This document shows, piece after piece, positions 28,488 through 42,000 of a stretch of DNA of 64,000 nucleotides. Each line of letters starts with the position of its first letter. The stretch's first letter is position 1. The DNA comes from a virus. The position numbers were made by a program, and so were the translations under genes. The stretch spans positions 1 through 64,000 of the IMG/VR virus record IMGVR_UViG_3300021963_007890, one strand, 5' to 3'. The notes beneath the pieces were generated by a model. That model saw only the letters and a list, made by a program, of their open reading frames with translations, was not told where the DNA came from and made no database searches.

Positions 28488-28949
28488 ATGAATAAAATTT
28501 TTGAAACTACGATAAAATTTACTTTGGTATTTGTTTTAGGTATTTCTTCTGGATTGGCCATAGCACAAAAAACACCTCAAGGTGTGACCTATGATGCTAA
28601 AATTGTTAGAGTAAATGATGGAGACACTGTGGTAATCGCAGCACCATTCTTGCCAGCACCGCTCAAACCAGAACTGGCAGTTAGAGTATTTGGTGTAGAC
28701 ACTCCTGAAAAAGGATTTAGAGCACAGTGTCCTCAAGAAGATCAGCGTGGACAGGCTGCTACAGCATTTACAAAGAAAGCAGTTGAATCCACGCAAAAGC
28801 ATCAGGTAGTGCTTTATGGATGGGACAAGTTTGGTGGTCGTGTCTTAGGTGATCTAATTCTTAACGGTGTAAGTCTAAGAGCAGAATTGATCAAGAATGG
28901 TTATGCCCGTGAATATTTCGGTGAAGCCAAGCAGAGTTGGTGTAACTAG
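28488..28949 (+). CDS. Thermonuclease (SNase-like) with signal peptide
   Basis: VRVNDGDTV, VRVFGVDTPE, DKFGGRVLG, LIKNGYA; N-terminal hydrophobic segment ending LAIA. Confidence 0.85.
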   Translation: MNKIFETTIKFTLVFVLGISSGLAIAQKTPQGVTYDAKIVRVNDGDTVVIAAPFLPAPLKPELAVRVFGVDTPEKGFRAQCPQEDQRGQAATAFTKKAVESTQKHQVVLYGWDKFGGRVLGDLILNGVSLRAELIKNGYAREYFGEAKQSWCN

Positions 28950-29077
28950 TGCCTTGGTATATACATCTATATCATTTTATATGGTTAATAATTTGTCTTG
29001 CTTTGGGCCTATACATAAGTTATTGGATACCATTTCTGATTGTGGTAGCAATAGTGTTCTACGGAATGAAGTATTAA
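28949..29077 (+). CDS. 42-aa hydrophobic membrane peptide missing from the ORF track (MPWYIHLYHFIWLIICLALGLYISYWIPFLIVVAIVFYGMKY)
   Basis: GTG overlaps the nuclease stop (TAGTG) and the ORF fills the gap up to the next late promoter. Confidence 0.5.
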   Translation: MPWYIHLYHFIWLIICLALGLYISYWIPFLIVVAIVFYGMKY

Positions 29078-29092
29078 TATAAATACCTTATT

Positions 29093-29344
29093 ATGAGAGC
29101 AAGAGAATTTGTAATAAATGTTCCTATAACCATAAAAATTAATGGTGACGGAGATCCAGAATTAGATATGGGTCAAAACAAGGACAAGCCCGCAGATCCA
29201 ACACAATTAAAACAAGATCCTGTAATGGTTCCACCACTACAGCAGCAGATTGAACTACAAAAAGCCGAAGCAGGTAAATTAAGTCCTGTTATAGCAGATC
29301 TAACACAAGACGAAGTAGATCCAGAAACAAAACAACTGCCTTAA
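29093..29344 (+). CDS. Hypothetical late protein
   Basis: TATAAATA 7 nt upstream; MRAREF start; MVPPLQQQIELQK. Confidence 0.65.
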   Translation: MRAREFVINVPITIKINGDGDPELDMGQNKDKPADPTQLKQDPVMVPPLQQQIELQKAEAGKLSPVIADLTQDEVDPETKQLP

Positions 29345-29366
29345 AGGGCCCTAAAGGACACGCCCT

Positions 29367-32300
29367 ATGCCTATACGTAAGATAGAATCAGGCAGGATAA
29401 TAACAGTACAATCAAGCCAATGGGTAGGCCCATACGGAACTATTTGGTATGACGAAACACTAGGCGATCTACGCATAGGTGACGATGTAACACCTGGTGG
29501 TAGGCTTATCAGTTTTGGAGGTGGTGGCGCCGCAACTGATCTTACAGCAGTTACCACAAATATATTACCAGCTAATACACTTACTGGTATATTAAACATA
29601 GGAAGTCCGACTAATCCGTGGAATACTCTTTATCTAAGCTCTAGCAGTTTTGTACTAGGTGGCAATACAGTAGCGGTAATTGGCGGAGGAATTTACGTTA
29701 ACGGGAGCCTTGTTACAGGCAGTGTAGGCCCCCAAGGACCTCAAGGCGTAGCAGGACCTACAGGACCATCTGGTCCAAGTGGCGCAGCTTCTACAATACC
29801 AGGCCCTAGAGGTCCGCAGGGGCCACAGGGCATCCAAGGACTACAAGGAGTACAAGGACCTACTGGTCCACAAGGAGATATAGGACCGCAAGGACCGCAA
29901 GGAGTTACGGGACCACAAGGACCTCAAGGAGTTACGGGACCACAAGGACCCCAAGGAGTACAAGGACCTACTGGTCCACAAGGAGATATAGGGCCGCAAG
30001 GACCGCAAGGCATAACAGGACCAATTGGAGTACAAGGACCACAAGGACCACAAGGAGTACAAGGACCACAGGGTATTACCGGACCAATTGGACCTCAAGG
30101 ACCCCAAGGACCACAGGGCGTTACTGGCCCGCAAGGACCACAGGGCGTTACTGGCCCGCAAGGACCACAAGGCGTAACCGGACCTCAGGGACCACAAGGC
30201 GTAACCGGACCTCAGGGACCTTCAGGACCACAGGGAGATACAGGACCACAAGGACCACAGGGTGTCATAGGTCCACAAGGACCGAGTGGTCCTAAAGGAA
30301 ATGATGGCTCTAGTGTAACTATTGTAGGAACTACTTCTACGCAAGGTGGGTTGCCATATCCGTACGGGGGGAACACTGGCGATGGTTATATCACATCGTC
30401 TGATGGACATTTATGGATATATGGATCGGGAACTTGGACTGATGTAGGGACTATTGTAGGTCCTGTCGGTGCCCAAGGACCCCAAGGAGTTCAAGGACCC
30501 CAAGGAGTTCAAGGGCCCCAAGGACCCCAAGGAGTTCAGGGACCACAAGGTGTACAAGGACCCCAGGGACCCCAAGGCGTACAAGGGCCCCAAGGACCAC
30601 AAGGACCTCAGGGCGTCACAGGGCCACAAGGACCTCAGGGCGTCACAGGGCCACAAGGACCTCAGGGAGTCCCTGGGCAAAGTTCTAGTATTTTCAATTA
30701 TAAGGCTAATACAAACGCAACTACCAATGATCCAGGTAGTGGATACATTTTATGGAATAATACTACTCAGCAATCTGCCAGTAGAATACATATTAATCAT
30801 ATTACTAACGATAATATCGATGTAGAATATCTTTTAGGATTTTTACAGCCTAATGATACGATCAGAGTACAAGATGACAATGTAAGTGAAAATTATCAAA
30901 ATTGGACGGTAACTGGTACTGTAACGATTAATACAGGCAGTTATATATCTATTCCTGTCAGTTTAACCACTAGTAGTTATTCTTTTTCAAATAATCAAAC
31001 ATTAGTCTTAATTGTAACTTATCCTGGTCCAATTGGACCTCAGGGACCACAAGGAGTAACTGGACCACAAGGACCCCAAGGCGTCACAGGACCGCAAGGA
31101 CCCCAAGGCGTCACAGGACCGCAAGGACCGCAGGGACCACAAGGAGTAACTGGACCCCAAGGACCCCAAGGAGTAACTGGACCCCAAGGACCCCAAGGAG
31201 TAACTGGACCACAAGGACCCCAAGGAGTAACTGGACCCCAAGGACCTAAAGGAGATACAGGACCCACAGGTCCATCTGGACAATTTGGTGGTGCTGCTTT
31301 TGATTATACTTTTGATTCAGGAACTTCAAATTCAGATCCAGGATCAGGACGCATACGATTTAATAATATTAATTTAGGTCTCGCTGACCATTTGTATATT
31401 GATGATGAGCAAGATGGTCCAATAGATATTCAAATATATCTTAGGTCAATTGACGATAGTACCAGTGCTATTAAAGGTCATTTTAAAGTAAGTTTAAAAT
31501 CTGATGCTAATAGTTTTGTCTACTATGCTATTAATTCTCTTGTAGAAAATACTGGATATTTTGATGTATCTTGTTCTTTCCTAAGTGGTAGTGTTCCAGA
31601 TTTTACCAATAATGATGATATAGTTATAACATTTGCTAGAACGGGTGACAAGGGTGATACTGGATCTATAGGACCCCAGGGACCCCAGGGACCCCAGGGA
31701 GTACAAGGACCACAAGGTGTTCAGGGACCTCAGGGACCGCAAGGTATAACTGGACCCCAAGGACCTCAGGGCGTACAAGGACCCCAAGGACCTCAGGGTG
31801 TTCAAGGACCGACTGGACCCCAAGGACCTCAGGGTGTTCAAGGAACCCAGGGGGTTCAAGGACCTCAGGGACCACAAGGTATAACTGGACCAATTGGTCC
31901 ACAAGGTCCCCAAGGCGTAACTGGACCACAGGGACCGCAAGGTGTACAAGGACCACAGGGCGTACAGGGACCTACTGGACCTGAAGGACCACAGGGTGTT
32001 ACTGGCCCACAGGGCGTTACTGGCCCGCAAGGACCGCAGGGCGTTACTGGCCCGCAAGGACCACAAGGAGTAACTGGCCCGCAAGGACCAGAAGGAGTTC
32101 AGGGACCGCAAGGCGTAACTGGACCACAAGGCCCACAAGGCGTAACTGGACCAGAAGGACCTACCGGACCACAAGGTATAAAAGGCGATACTGGTACATT
32201 AGAGGTAAGCCTAATTACCATAGGCAATACTATAACGAATACTGTAACAAATGTTACAGCACTAAGGTTTGATAGTGACAGTGGTTTTGACCTTATTAAT

Positions 32301-32906
32301 CTAGGTGGCGGTGCTGCTAAAGTACAACTAAATTCTACATTTAAGTATTGGAATGTTGATGGTAATCCAGGACTTACAGCAGAAGGATTAGATACTGTTA
32401 ATTTTATTGCCAGCACAGGCACTAGAATAATTGCTATAACTAGCGGAACTAATAAATCTATTACTTTTGCCGTCAAACCTGCAACTACATCTACCTTAGG
32501 AGGTATCAAGGTTGGATCTGGTTTAGCTATCACTACAGATGGTACCCTGAGTGCTACTGGCGGTGGTGGCGGTGGTGTAGCTTCAGGCGTTATAAGAACC
32601 TTTAATATTTTAGGAGAATTTTGGAGTCCAGTGGCGGGCACCGCTGCTTATTTTGTAACTAGCGAAACTACATTAAGAAGTGTAAATCTAACTAATGGCA
32701 CGGGCACAGTTGAACAAGATTTAATGGCAGGATTATATAGAAATGGTGCATTGATTGGTTTTTATATTCTACCAGCAGGCTACCAAAATTATTGGATAAA
32801 TACCCCATCAACTACACTTTATGTAAATGATAGACTGACTGTGAGTATGGTTGCTGGAAAAGGTAATAACTTTACAATGGCTCTATTAAACATAGAGAAA
32901 ATATAA
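29367..32906 (+). CDS. Collagen-like fibre protein
   Basis: Four Gly-X-Y blocks (GPQ/GVT/GVQ) separated by globular domains; [21 protein letters not shown] motif near the C-terminus. Confidence 0.85.
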   Translation: MPIRKIESGRIITVQSSQWVGPYGTIWYDETLGDLRIGDDVTPGGRLISFGGGGAATDLTAVTTNILPANTLTGILNIGSPTNPWNTLYLSSSSFVLGGNTVAVIGGGIYVNGSLVTGSVGPQGPQGVAGPTGPSGPSGAASTIPGPRGPQGPQGIQGLQGVQGPTGPQGDIGPQGPQGVTGPQGPQGVTGPQGPQGVQGPTGPQGDIGPQGPQGITGPIGVQGPQGPQGVQGPQGITGPIGPQGPQGPQGVTGPQGPQGVTGPQGPQGVTGPQGPQGVTGPQGPSGPQGDTGPQGPQGVIGPQGPSGPKGNDGSSVTIVGTTSTQGGLPYPYGGNTGDGYITSSDGHLWIYGSGTWTDVGTIVGPVGAQGPQGVQGPQGVQGPQGPQGVQGPQGVQGPQGPQGVQGPQGPQGPQGVTGPQGPQGVTGPQGPQGVPGQSSSIFNYKANTNATTNDPGSGYILWNNTTQQSASRIHINHITNDNIDVEYLLGFLQPNDTIRVQDDNVSENYQNWTVTGTVTINTGSYISIPVSLTTSSYSFSNNQTLVLIVTYPGPIGPQGPQGVTGPQGPQGVTGPQGPQGVTGPQGPQGPQGVTGPQGPQGVTGPQGPQGVTGPQGPQGVTGPQGPKGDTGPTGPSGQFGGAAFDYTFDSGTSNSDPGSGRIRFNNINLGLADHLYIDDEQDGPIDIQIYLRSIDDSTSAIKGHFKVSLKSDANSFVYYAINSLVENTGYFDVSCSFLSGSVPDFTNNDDIVITFARTGDKGDTGSIGPQGPQGPQGVQGPQGVQGPQGPQGITGPQGPQGVQGPQGPQGVQGPTGPQGPQGVQGTQGVQGPQGPQGITGPIGPQGPQGVTGPQGPQGVQGPQGVQGPTGPEGPQGVTGPQGVTGPQGPQGVTGPQGPQGVTGPQGPEGVQGPQGVTGPQGPQGVTGPEGPTGPQGIKGDTGTLEVSLITIGNTITNTVTNVTALRFDSDSGFDLINLGGGAAKVQLNSTFKYWNVDGNPGLTAEGLDTVNFIASTGTRIIAITSGTNKSITFAVKPATTSTLGGIKVGSGLAITTDGTLSATGGGGGGVASGVIRTFNILGEFWSPVAGTAAYFVTSETTLRSVNLTNGTGTVEQDLMAGLYRNGALIGFYILPAGYQNYWINTPSTTLYVNDRLTVSMVAGKGNNFTMALLNIEKI
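29728..32195 (+). repeat. Coding 9/27-bp degenerate tandem repeats (GGACCNCAA etc.) in four blocks: ~29728-30300, 30459-30680, 31025-31280, 31645-32195
   Basis: Directly visible periodicity encoding collagen triplets; block boundaries approximate. Confidence 0.9.
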
Positions 32907-32968
32907 GAAAGTTTATAAATAAGATGAATAAAATAGGTTTCCAGATCGGAAAATTAGGAGAAATTTAA

Positions 32969-35900
32969 ATGGCAACACTGAATGAACTTGGTAGAAATAG
33001 TGCTAGTATTACATATGGACCATTTACAACGGGACAAGACTACTGGCCTACATTAGCATTATTTGATCAATGGATTAAAAATGATGCGATGCAGGGTATT
33101 GTTACTGCCTCAAGTACAACAATTACAGGCGTAGGAACAATTTTCCTAACCCAACTAAGAGCCGGTGATGTAATTATGGTAGCAGGGCAGCTTAGAACTA
33201 TTGCTGCTGTTGCCTCTGATACATCTGCTACAGTTACAGCAGCATTTAATCCTGCGATTACAGTTGCAGCTACGATGTATCATATTAATAACACATTCGG
33301 TGGAAGTAATGGTGCTCTAGCAGGTACAGTGGCTATCAGTGTTAAGAACAGTACTAGCGGTGTTGTCAGTGTTACAGCAGGTTCAGCAACGGTTACGGGT
33401 GTAGGAACTTATTTCTTATCAGATTGTACTAATAGCGTAACTACAGCCGCAGTATCAGGAACAGTTGCAGTAGATACTAGTGGTAACGTCACTGGAACTG
33501 GAACTACCTTTGCTACAGGTGCTGATGGAGCAGCAAATAGATTACAACCAGGTGATAGTGTAATTATAGGTACATCATACCACGTAGTTGTTAGTGTAGC
33601 AAATGATACAACAGCAGTAGTTACTCCAGCACCGGCAGTTGCTATAGGTGCAGGAGCAAGTATAGCAAAAGCTCTCAATGGAGCATCTGGTAGACAAGTT
33701 ATCATTAATGGTAGAGTACGTAGTATTATTTCTATCACTAATAACAATCAACTGATATTAAATGCAGCACTAGACTTTACAGATAGTAATATTAAAATGA
33801 GAACCTTGCCTAGAGGCACAGTGAGCGTAGCAGCTGGGTCACAAGCAGTCACTGGTTCCGGCACAAACTTTAGCTGGGATTGTGTCTCCGGTGATCAAAT
33901 TTGGTTCGGCGATGAATTGAGAACTATGACATTTAGCTCAGGTGCTACTACATCAGCAACAATAACAGATTATACTGGATTCTCAGGAACTGCTATTAAC
34001 CAATTAAGACAGGCAGTGACAGGAATTCCTTTCTATCGTGACGATACATATTTTACCGGTTCGGGTTCTAATTATCTCAATGAACTACGTGTAAATGATG
34101 AATTAATGATTGACGGAACCAAAGTACAGGTTACAGCTATTATCAGTTCAACCAGTTTTAGAGTAGCTATGCCATTTACTCATACCTGTACAACTAGCAA
34201 TGTTTGGAAGTTGAAAAAATTACACGGCTATGTTATGGAAGGTACTAGGGAAGGTGCTGCGGCAGGTGGTAAATTAAGTATAGGTACAACTCTAGCAACA
34301 ACAGCTGGCTCAATTGCACTGGCAGGACAAACCACTATTGCTGTAGCCAGCACAGCCAGTATGACAGCTTTTGGTATAGTCAAGGTTGTAGGAGGAGGTG
34401 GCCCACCAGTAGCTCTAAACGGACAGGTTACTGCCTCTGGTAGTACTGTTAGCGGTGTTAATACATTGTTTACTACTCAGCTTCATATTGGTGCTGAAAT
34501 TGTAATTTCTGGACAATATGCTGTTGTCACAGCTATTACCAATGATGTTACACTTACAGTTGCCCAAACATTAACTGTAGGAGCACTTACACCCATTTAT
34601 AGACCACAACCTCTATATACTTACATTTTATCAATTGGAACTGGAGCTATTACAATAGGTACACCACTTAAAAATACTTTATATAGCACTGGTGTAGGAA
34701 CAGCAGCTCCTTTGATTTACACCCATGCTGCTAATACAGACTTTATTGAGTTTATATATAGTGCCCCTAATTATGCTGCTGATAATTTAACAGGTGGCGG
34801 TACAGCTACATTAAGTAATACCAGTTTAGATAGAAAATATTTTGGTATTAGATATTACCCACAACAACAAGGTGGTGGTTCGGGAACTGCTTTTGCAACA
34901 GCAGGTAGTGCTTATAATATAACAGTTTATGAACGTTGGGCAGCAGGTTATGCAAGTTCAAATGGGGTTGGTATTAACCAAGCAGATTTAAGTGGTGGTA
35001 CTCATGCATTGACTAACACAGCACCGAACTTTTACGGTCCAGATCTAACAAGTATGACACAGGTATCAGGTGGATTTTTATACTTGTTCGCTCATCCTCG
35101 CTATTTTGCCATTCAAGGTAAGACCTTTAGTAACGCACAACAGCGCTGGCTAGGCTGTATTGAATTTGAGCGTGCTCAACCAGAAGATACTGGAACTGGT
35201 CTTGGTTCAACAGCAGGTGTTACATTTAATGCTGGTGCTCCATTACAGTCCGCTGGTGGTACTGGTCAAAATATTCCTGCTCTTAATATTGCTCCATGGC
35301 CCTGTTTTGCCTATTTTAACGGTGAAAGATTCCCAATAGGTGGATCACAACAACCAACACTACCTGTGAGTCAGACACACGGTGTACACGGTATGTTATT
35401 TGCTGTACCTAGGGTTCGTTGCTCAACAGGTGATTTAACTGGACTAAATGCTCATATATATACCGCTTGTACCATTACTACGGGTGCATGGGGTCATATG
35501 ATCGAGTTTATAGGATCTGGTGCTTATCAGTCAGCAGGTACACCTGCACTAGGTGCTCTAGGTGCGCAGGCAGCAGGTGCTGTTCCTCAATTACACATGG
35601 GTCAGATTGTCCCTGTATATACAAACGTCTATAATAGTAAGAGATTTATGTTTAGTCCGGTAGTAGTATTAGGACCAAAATATGATCCAGATATCCGTGG
35701 TAGAATTTATGGTTTGAAGGTTATTCCAAGTGCTTTAGGTACATTAATGGATACTGTTAGCGTTACGATTGACAGCAACTTCTTCTATAATGCCGCAGGT
35801 ACGGCCACTGACCATTGGGTATTAACAGCATCAGTTAACACTGTTCAATTCTCACTGGCTGGAACTTCAGTATCGCAGCAATTTAGGTCATTAGAAGTTA

Positions 35901-35971
35901 ACACCACACCTGGTGCTAACCAAAATAATACTTCAGCTGCTAACAACTTTAGATTCGCTTTACCGGCCTAA
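32969..35971 (+). CDS. Large virion structural protein with repeated beta modules
   Basis: Repeated (T/V)VTG.GT.F...L..GD.I unit (~6 copies); TATAAATA and AGGAG upstream. Confidence 0.7.
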   Translation: MATLNELGRNSASITYGPFTTGQDYWPTLALFDQWIKNDAMQGIVTASSTTITGVGTIFLTQLRAGDVIMVAGQLRTIAAVASDTSATVTAAFNPAITVAATMYHINNTFGGSNGALAGTVAISVKNSTSGVVSVTAGSATVTGVGTYFLSDCTNSVTTAAVSGTVAVDTSGNVTGTGTTFATGADGAANRLQPGDSVIIGTSYHVVVSVANDTTAVVTPAPAVAIGAGASIAKALNGASGRQVIINGRVRSIISITNNNQLILNAALDFTDSNIKMRTLPRGTVSVAAGSQAVTGSGTNFSWDCVSGDQIWFGDELRTMTFSSGATTSATITDYTGFSGTAINQLRQAVTGIPFYRDDTYFTGSGSNYLNELRVNDELMIDGTKVQVTAIISSTSFRVAMPFTHTCTTSNVWKLKKLHGYVMEGTREGAAAGGKLSIGTTLATTAGSIALAGQTTIAVASTASMTAFGIVKVVGGGGPPVALNGQVTASGSTVSGVNTLFTTQLHIGAEIVISGQYAVVTAITNDVTLTVAQTLTVGALTPIYRPQPLYTYILSIGTGAITIGTPLKNTLYSTGVGTAAPLIYTHAANTDFIEFIYSAPNYAADNLTGGGTATLSNTSLDRKYFGIRYYPQQQGGGSGTAFATAGSAYNITVYERWAAGYASSNGVGINQADLSGGTHALTNTAPNFYGPDLTSMTQVSGGFLYLFAHPRYFAIQGKTFSNAQQRWLGCIEFERAQPEDTGTGLGSTAGVTFNAGAPLQSAGGTGQNIPALNIAPWPCFAYFNGERFPIGGSQQPTLPVSQTHGVHGMLFAVPRVRCSTGDLTGLNAHIYTACTITTGAWGHMIEFIGSGAYQSAGTPALGALGAQAAGAVPQLHMGQIVPVYTNVYNSKRFMFSPVVVLGPKYDPDIRGRIYGLKVIPSALGTLMDTVSVTIDSNFFYNAAGTATDHWVLTASVNTVQFSLAGTSVSQQFRSLEVNTTPGANQNNTSAANNFRFALPA

Positions 35972-35987
35972 AGTTTATAGACCTATT

Positions 35988-36020
35988 AAAAATACCCGTT
36001 CAAGTAACGGGTATTTTTTT
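35988..36020 (+). terminator. Intrinsic terminator
   Basis: AAAAATACCCGTT-CAAGT-AACGGGTATTTTTTT. Confidence 0.85.
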
Positions 36021-36037
36021 GACTAAATATTGAAATT

Positions 36038-39000
36038 ATGCCTGCGACTGTATTCCCTGCTACTGGTTATTCTGTAAGAATAAGTGCTACTGATGATATA
36101 ACCAGTAACGCAGCGGCTTGGTATCTCAATGATTTAAATCAACTGACAACTACAGTCAACACTGCCACAAATAAAACTTTTTATTTTGAAAATGATGTTG
36201 CTACAATTGGCACATTTACTGAAGTTAGGATTTATACATCAAGTACTGTACAGGTCAATTACGATTTAACAACGTACAATATTATATCTAACGATGAAAG
36301 CACAAGTAATTTCATACCTTATTATACTAATGAGCTTAATTTACTTACTTCTATAAGAAATTCACCGCAGATTAGAACTTTTTTTATTAATAATTATAAT
36401 AACATAAATTTAGGTAATTTTGTAAGAGTTAGAATTACAGGCCCATTATATTCAGAAGAAATCGATGTAATAAGAAAAACTAATACCAGTTTTACCATAG
36501 CACTACCCTCTAATTGGCCAGCAAACAGTACAGGATTTACAGTTAGTTTAGGGAGATATGATTTTGTCCCTACCAACCCTTACAGTCAGGTTATATCTGT
36601 AACTAGTAGTACTAGTAGATCATTTAATTTAACAAAGCCTGTAGGTTTTCCAGAAGTTGGTGCTGCAATATATGCGATCATTCCTAGCGGAGCTTATTCT
36701 ATAAGTGATCCAGTTGGTGTTAATGCTAGACTAGATTCTGCATCTTTGAATAAAAATATAGGGAAAATAAATCAACCAGTCGGTATCAATCCTACTTTGT
36801 CGATATTTAAAGGTATAAAAGTAGAACTAAAAAATGATCAAACTAAAAACACTTTTGCATCAACAAAAGTGCCTTTGATTGTAAAAGATCCTACTATTAT
36901 TCCCAGCAGACAGATCACAGTTTCAACCTCAAGTATAATACAATATATAGATTATCCTATAAGAATAACAGGCAGTGACCTTGCTAGAAACTTTGATCTG
37001 TCATGGTACATAAAAGACGAAAATACATTATCTTTAATTTTATCAACATCAAATAGTGTTACCTATAGCTTTGTTAACCCAAATGACCCTTTTAGGTTAG
37101 GAACCTATACTAAGGCTAAATTAATTGGACAATCTTATGAAAAGGTAATAGATGTTGTAACAAATACTAATAATTCTATTACTGTTTTAAAGCTACCTGA
37201 ATTTCCTTTATTGAGTCAACTCAGTGTGTATCTAGGTAATCCAATTGTGGTTACAAATACAACTTTAACTGACTCAAATCAGGTTCCTGTAATTCGGCAA
37301 TTTAAGTCACCTGCGGTTGAATCAAAATCAAATTTACCTTCTGCTCTCATCAATAAATCTGGCATAAAAATTGCAGGTGAAAATACAAGATTTAGATCAG
37401 AACAGATTAGACAACAAAGTCTTCTTCGTGAACCCATTACTGTTCCCGCAAGAACTGTAACCTATACAAATTTTACCAATACTGTTTATTCTGATCTAAT
37501 AAGAGTAACTGGTCGTTCTGGTATAACCAGCAATGCTTCGACTTATTATGTTTTTGAATCTAATCAATTAATAGTAACAAGAACTACTAGCAATTTCGTC
37601 ACACTATTTTTTGTTAATCCCAATAACAACCAGTCAATTGGTCCTGTTTCAACCGTGAGATTGTTAGGCCCAAGATTTGAAGCAACGGTCAGTGTTCAAA
37701 GTTATACTAATGATAGCGTAACTATAGCAGACATTTTTAAATTTTATGATATACAAAGTCAAAATCCTTTTGGGGATTTGTTTATACGATTAGGCGTAAA
37801 TTTTGTAGACAGAACTGTCGGTTACACAAATACAAACCAAATAGGTCAGATAAATTTATTTAAAACTAATGCTATAACAGGCGTTTCTCACTCATTGAGT
37901 GTACCTAAACTTACATCAAGTATAGTTTTGCGTGATACTAGAATAAGATTTACTCATACTGATTTTAGAACAGTTTCTAAAGTAATAGGTGAATCAAGAA
38001 TATTTAGAATTGAGCAAACTCAAAAAACTCAAATACAAATCAAAGAGCCAATCGTTCTACCGTCGAGAACAATTACTTCATCAACCTTTACAACTACGAT
38101 ATTTTCTGATTTAATACGTATAACTGGAAATACAGGTATTAGTAATAATTTTAATAATTATTATATCTACGAAAATAACCAAATAACATTTACAAGATCG
38201 ACATCTAGTTCTGTAACATTATTTTTTAATAATAACAACCAAAACTTTGGTAATATATTAATTGCTAGATTAATCAGTCCTGCGTTTGATATTACAATAA
38301 ATGTTCAGTCATATACTAATAATAGTATCACAGTTGCTAACATATTTGGATTTGGTGATTCTCAGTCTCAAAATACAATTAACGATTTATATGTAAGATT
38401 AGGTATAAATTTCCTAGATAAAACATCAACACTTTCAGATGCAGGACGAGTGGCTCTGATAAATCCGTTAAAGATTCCCGTTGCTTTAAGCTCTAGAGTT
38501 GATCAGGTTGGAAAAACAAAATTAAAAGATAGTAATTTTTCTACAATAGAGATACCTAGAGTCAGTACATATAAAAATGTAACAAGTCTCAGAGATACTA
38601 TATCATATACTCCACAGCCTATAAGTATACCGGCATCAACGGCAACTATATATAGTCCATTAATAGATATTACTGGTAAAGTTGAATCAACTAGTTCTTT
38701 TATTTCATACTATATAAATGAAGAAAATAGTTTCAGGACTTTTACAACTACAACAAGTACAATAACTTTATTATATTCAGGTTTTAATGTATGGACACCC
38801 AATCCTACAGTAATAAAATTATTTGCTTATCAAACGATTGATAATATAGAAAGCCTACGTTACGAAACTACACTACCAATTTTGGCTATCACTAGTCAAA
38901 GCGTTACAATAAATTGGGTTAGAGACAATTACAAATTAAGGGCACAGTTAGGTCGTACAATAAGTTTTTCAAGCGGAACTTATGCCAACTATTATACAAG

Positions 39001-42000
39001 TGGATTGGCAGTGGCCAACATTACAACACCTAATTACAGAGCCACTAGTCAACAGGTTTTTTCTATAGGAACTTCAGGAAAGTTACAAACGCAGTCTCCT
39101 AAATTGTCAACTAGTATTACACCATTGGCAGTAAGCAGATTTAAACAAGAGATAGTTATAAAAGGTGAAGGGAGAACTTTTGCTCAACGTAGCACCATTG
39201 TTACAACATCGACTAATTTAATATTAGATCCGTTTCCAATATATATCTATGGAAATTCTCTAACTACAAGCACGGCTGTAAAATGGTATTATAATGAAGA
39301 AAATATTTTAGGAACATTTAATTCTACTTCAACATTAATTACCTTGTATTTTGGTGTGTTACCAATTTATCAACAATCCACTGCACCTTTTATAAAATTG
39401 TTTGCTCCTAATGGTGGATTTGAAAATATATACCCTGTAGTAACATCTACTATAGATAGTGTAACCATACAAAGTATAGGAATATTTCCTAGCATAAGCG
39501 GCATGTACTTTAATTGGGCAAGAACAAGACAGACAGAAACCTACAGATATAGTGATGTTGGACATACTCCGCAACTGAACTCTCAAACTTTTAGACAATT
39601 CCAAGATCCTAACACAAATAAAATATATTCAAGTTTTACCAGCACCGAACAAGGCTGGGTAGTATACGACAGACGTGTAACTGATATTGCCTATGTAGGT
39701 ACATCCACTGAGCTTATATTAAATGCTCCTATTATTATACCAGAACAAGGTACATTTGCCAAAATTCAGTATGTTAACAGTAATTACTATGAAAGTGTAG
39801 TTAATAGGCGGGCGATAAGATTTAATGGTTCAGATACATCAATACAATTTTCTGCTAGCACAGTAATAGGAATACCACAAACTACAAGAACTCCTATAAT
39901 GGCTGAGGCCTGGATAAACTTAGATGCAGCAGAAGGCTGTATTATAATGAGTGAGGAATATTCAGGAGGTGCTGATCCAATAAATCTTACACTGGCAGTA
40001 GGAGGTAGTGCCCCTACATCTCCAGGTACACAGGTTTGGTTTGGATTTTATGATGGTGTTAGTTGGACCTACGCTCTAACGAATAAATCATTGCTCGCAG
40101 GACAATGGTATCATGTTGCTGGACAATTTGATGGAACTCAAATAAAGATATACATTAATGGGTATCAAGATGGTACTGTAGTTACACCAGCAGGTGGTTG
40201 GCATCAGCCTGGGGCAATAACTAGTTTTTTCATTGGACGCAGATGGGACACATTTCCAGGAGATGGACAAAGACCTTTCTTTAAAGGATTGATATATCAA
40301 GCTAGAATAGTTATGGGACAACTTGTTTATACAAAGGATTTTGTTCCACCTTTGAATACTCGTGTTGGAGAAAACTCAGGAGGCACAAGATTTTTAGCCT
40401 GTTCTGTGCCTATAAGTCAACCTCAGTTATATGTTGAATTTCCTAGAACAGGAAACTATACAGTCAACGGCGCTATCCGTGCAGATGCGGCAACTATTCC
40501 TCCTCGTTATGTATATGATGCATACCCTGAGGAAATATATGAGATAAACAGCGCAACTTCTACAAGGATATACCTTAAAGGAAATATAGCATATAGACCT
40601 ATTGTTAACACAGAATATCTAAGAGATAATTTATTTGATAGACCAATTAATAGGTTTGATATATATTTTCTAGGAATAAGTAAAAATTATCCTGTAATAA
40701 AATCTAGTTCTACTAATGTAACCACATCTATTACTATAGGATCTTTGAGACAATCTATTCCAAAACTAGCTTATGGGATAGAAATACCGCAGGTCGGTAA
40801 GGCAGCAAGTATACCTAAATTACGTGAAACTCTAGGATTTTTTAGCAAATCAATTAGCAGTATCACGTCTTCAACTCAATTAGTTTTTAATCCTACACCA
40901 TTGCCAGTTTATGGAATTACAAGATCAACATCAACATTTGTTTCATATTACATCAATGAAACTAATACTATTCAGGTTTTACCGGTAGGATCAGCATTTA
41001 CAACTTTATACTTGGGCAACAATCCAGAATACTTTAGAGTGTTGGGAACTGTTATTAGAATTGTCAATCCTAACGTAGGTTATGATCGTCAATTCAACAT
41101 TGTAAGCTCTACATTAGAAACAGTTACAATAGCTTTTGCCAACGACCTTCCTAGTGTTAGCGGAATGTTACTGTATTACGGTAGTGTACAAACCAGTTAT
41201 CCTAGTGTAAATTACACAGACAGTAATATGGTTGGGAAGATTAGCAAAAATACTGTAGGTGCTTCCTTTATTGAAATTAGACCTGATCAAGCAGGAGCTG
41301 TTAAGCAAAGTATTTTGGTTAAATCAGATAATATTAGGTTTACTCAAAGTCAACTTGAAAAGAAATTTACGCAACTAAGGGGCGGTATTGAAGTTCCAAA
41401 AACCCAGAGATTATCTACAGTAACTAAAGTAGGTGATCCGGGTATATATCAAAATCCAACCTATACGGTTTCAACTAGTTCTGAGTTATTATTTTATAAC
41501 ACAGTTAATATAACAGGAAGACTAGCATCAACATCTAGTTTTATTACCTATTATACATATGAAAATAACACGATTAGAACATTCACTACTTCTAGTGTCC
41601 AAAAAGTTTTTTATTTAAGTGAATATGTAAGAACTGATTTAGGGTTAAGTCATATAAGATTACAAAATTATAGATTTGACAGCGGTGTAGATAATCTTAT
41701 ATTTGATAGAATTTTTCCAATAACATCTCTTTCTTCAAGCAGTGTAACCTTTAACTTTGTAGGAGATTTACCTGAAGGTAGTTATCGTGGATCTCTAGGT
41801 AGATATATCACTTCATACAACCAGATATTTTCAGGAACCAATAGTGTTTCATTACTAGGTATATATAGAACACCTGTTGTAGGATCTTATCAGACTCCTG
41901 GAATCAGTCAAATTGAAAAGAGGCTGATTGTGCTTAGAGATTTTGTGCCAAGTATTTCTACAGGGATGATGGGACAAAGCACTAAAATAAAGCTAGCAGG

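Noticed and set aside
29655-32641. Periodic DNA resembling a CRISPR array or satellite, and several antisense or alternate-frame ORFs
   Set aside because: Repeats are 9/27-bp codon-level repeats with no unique spacers; they encode Gly-X-Y collagen, and the shadow ORFs are by-products.
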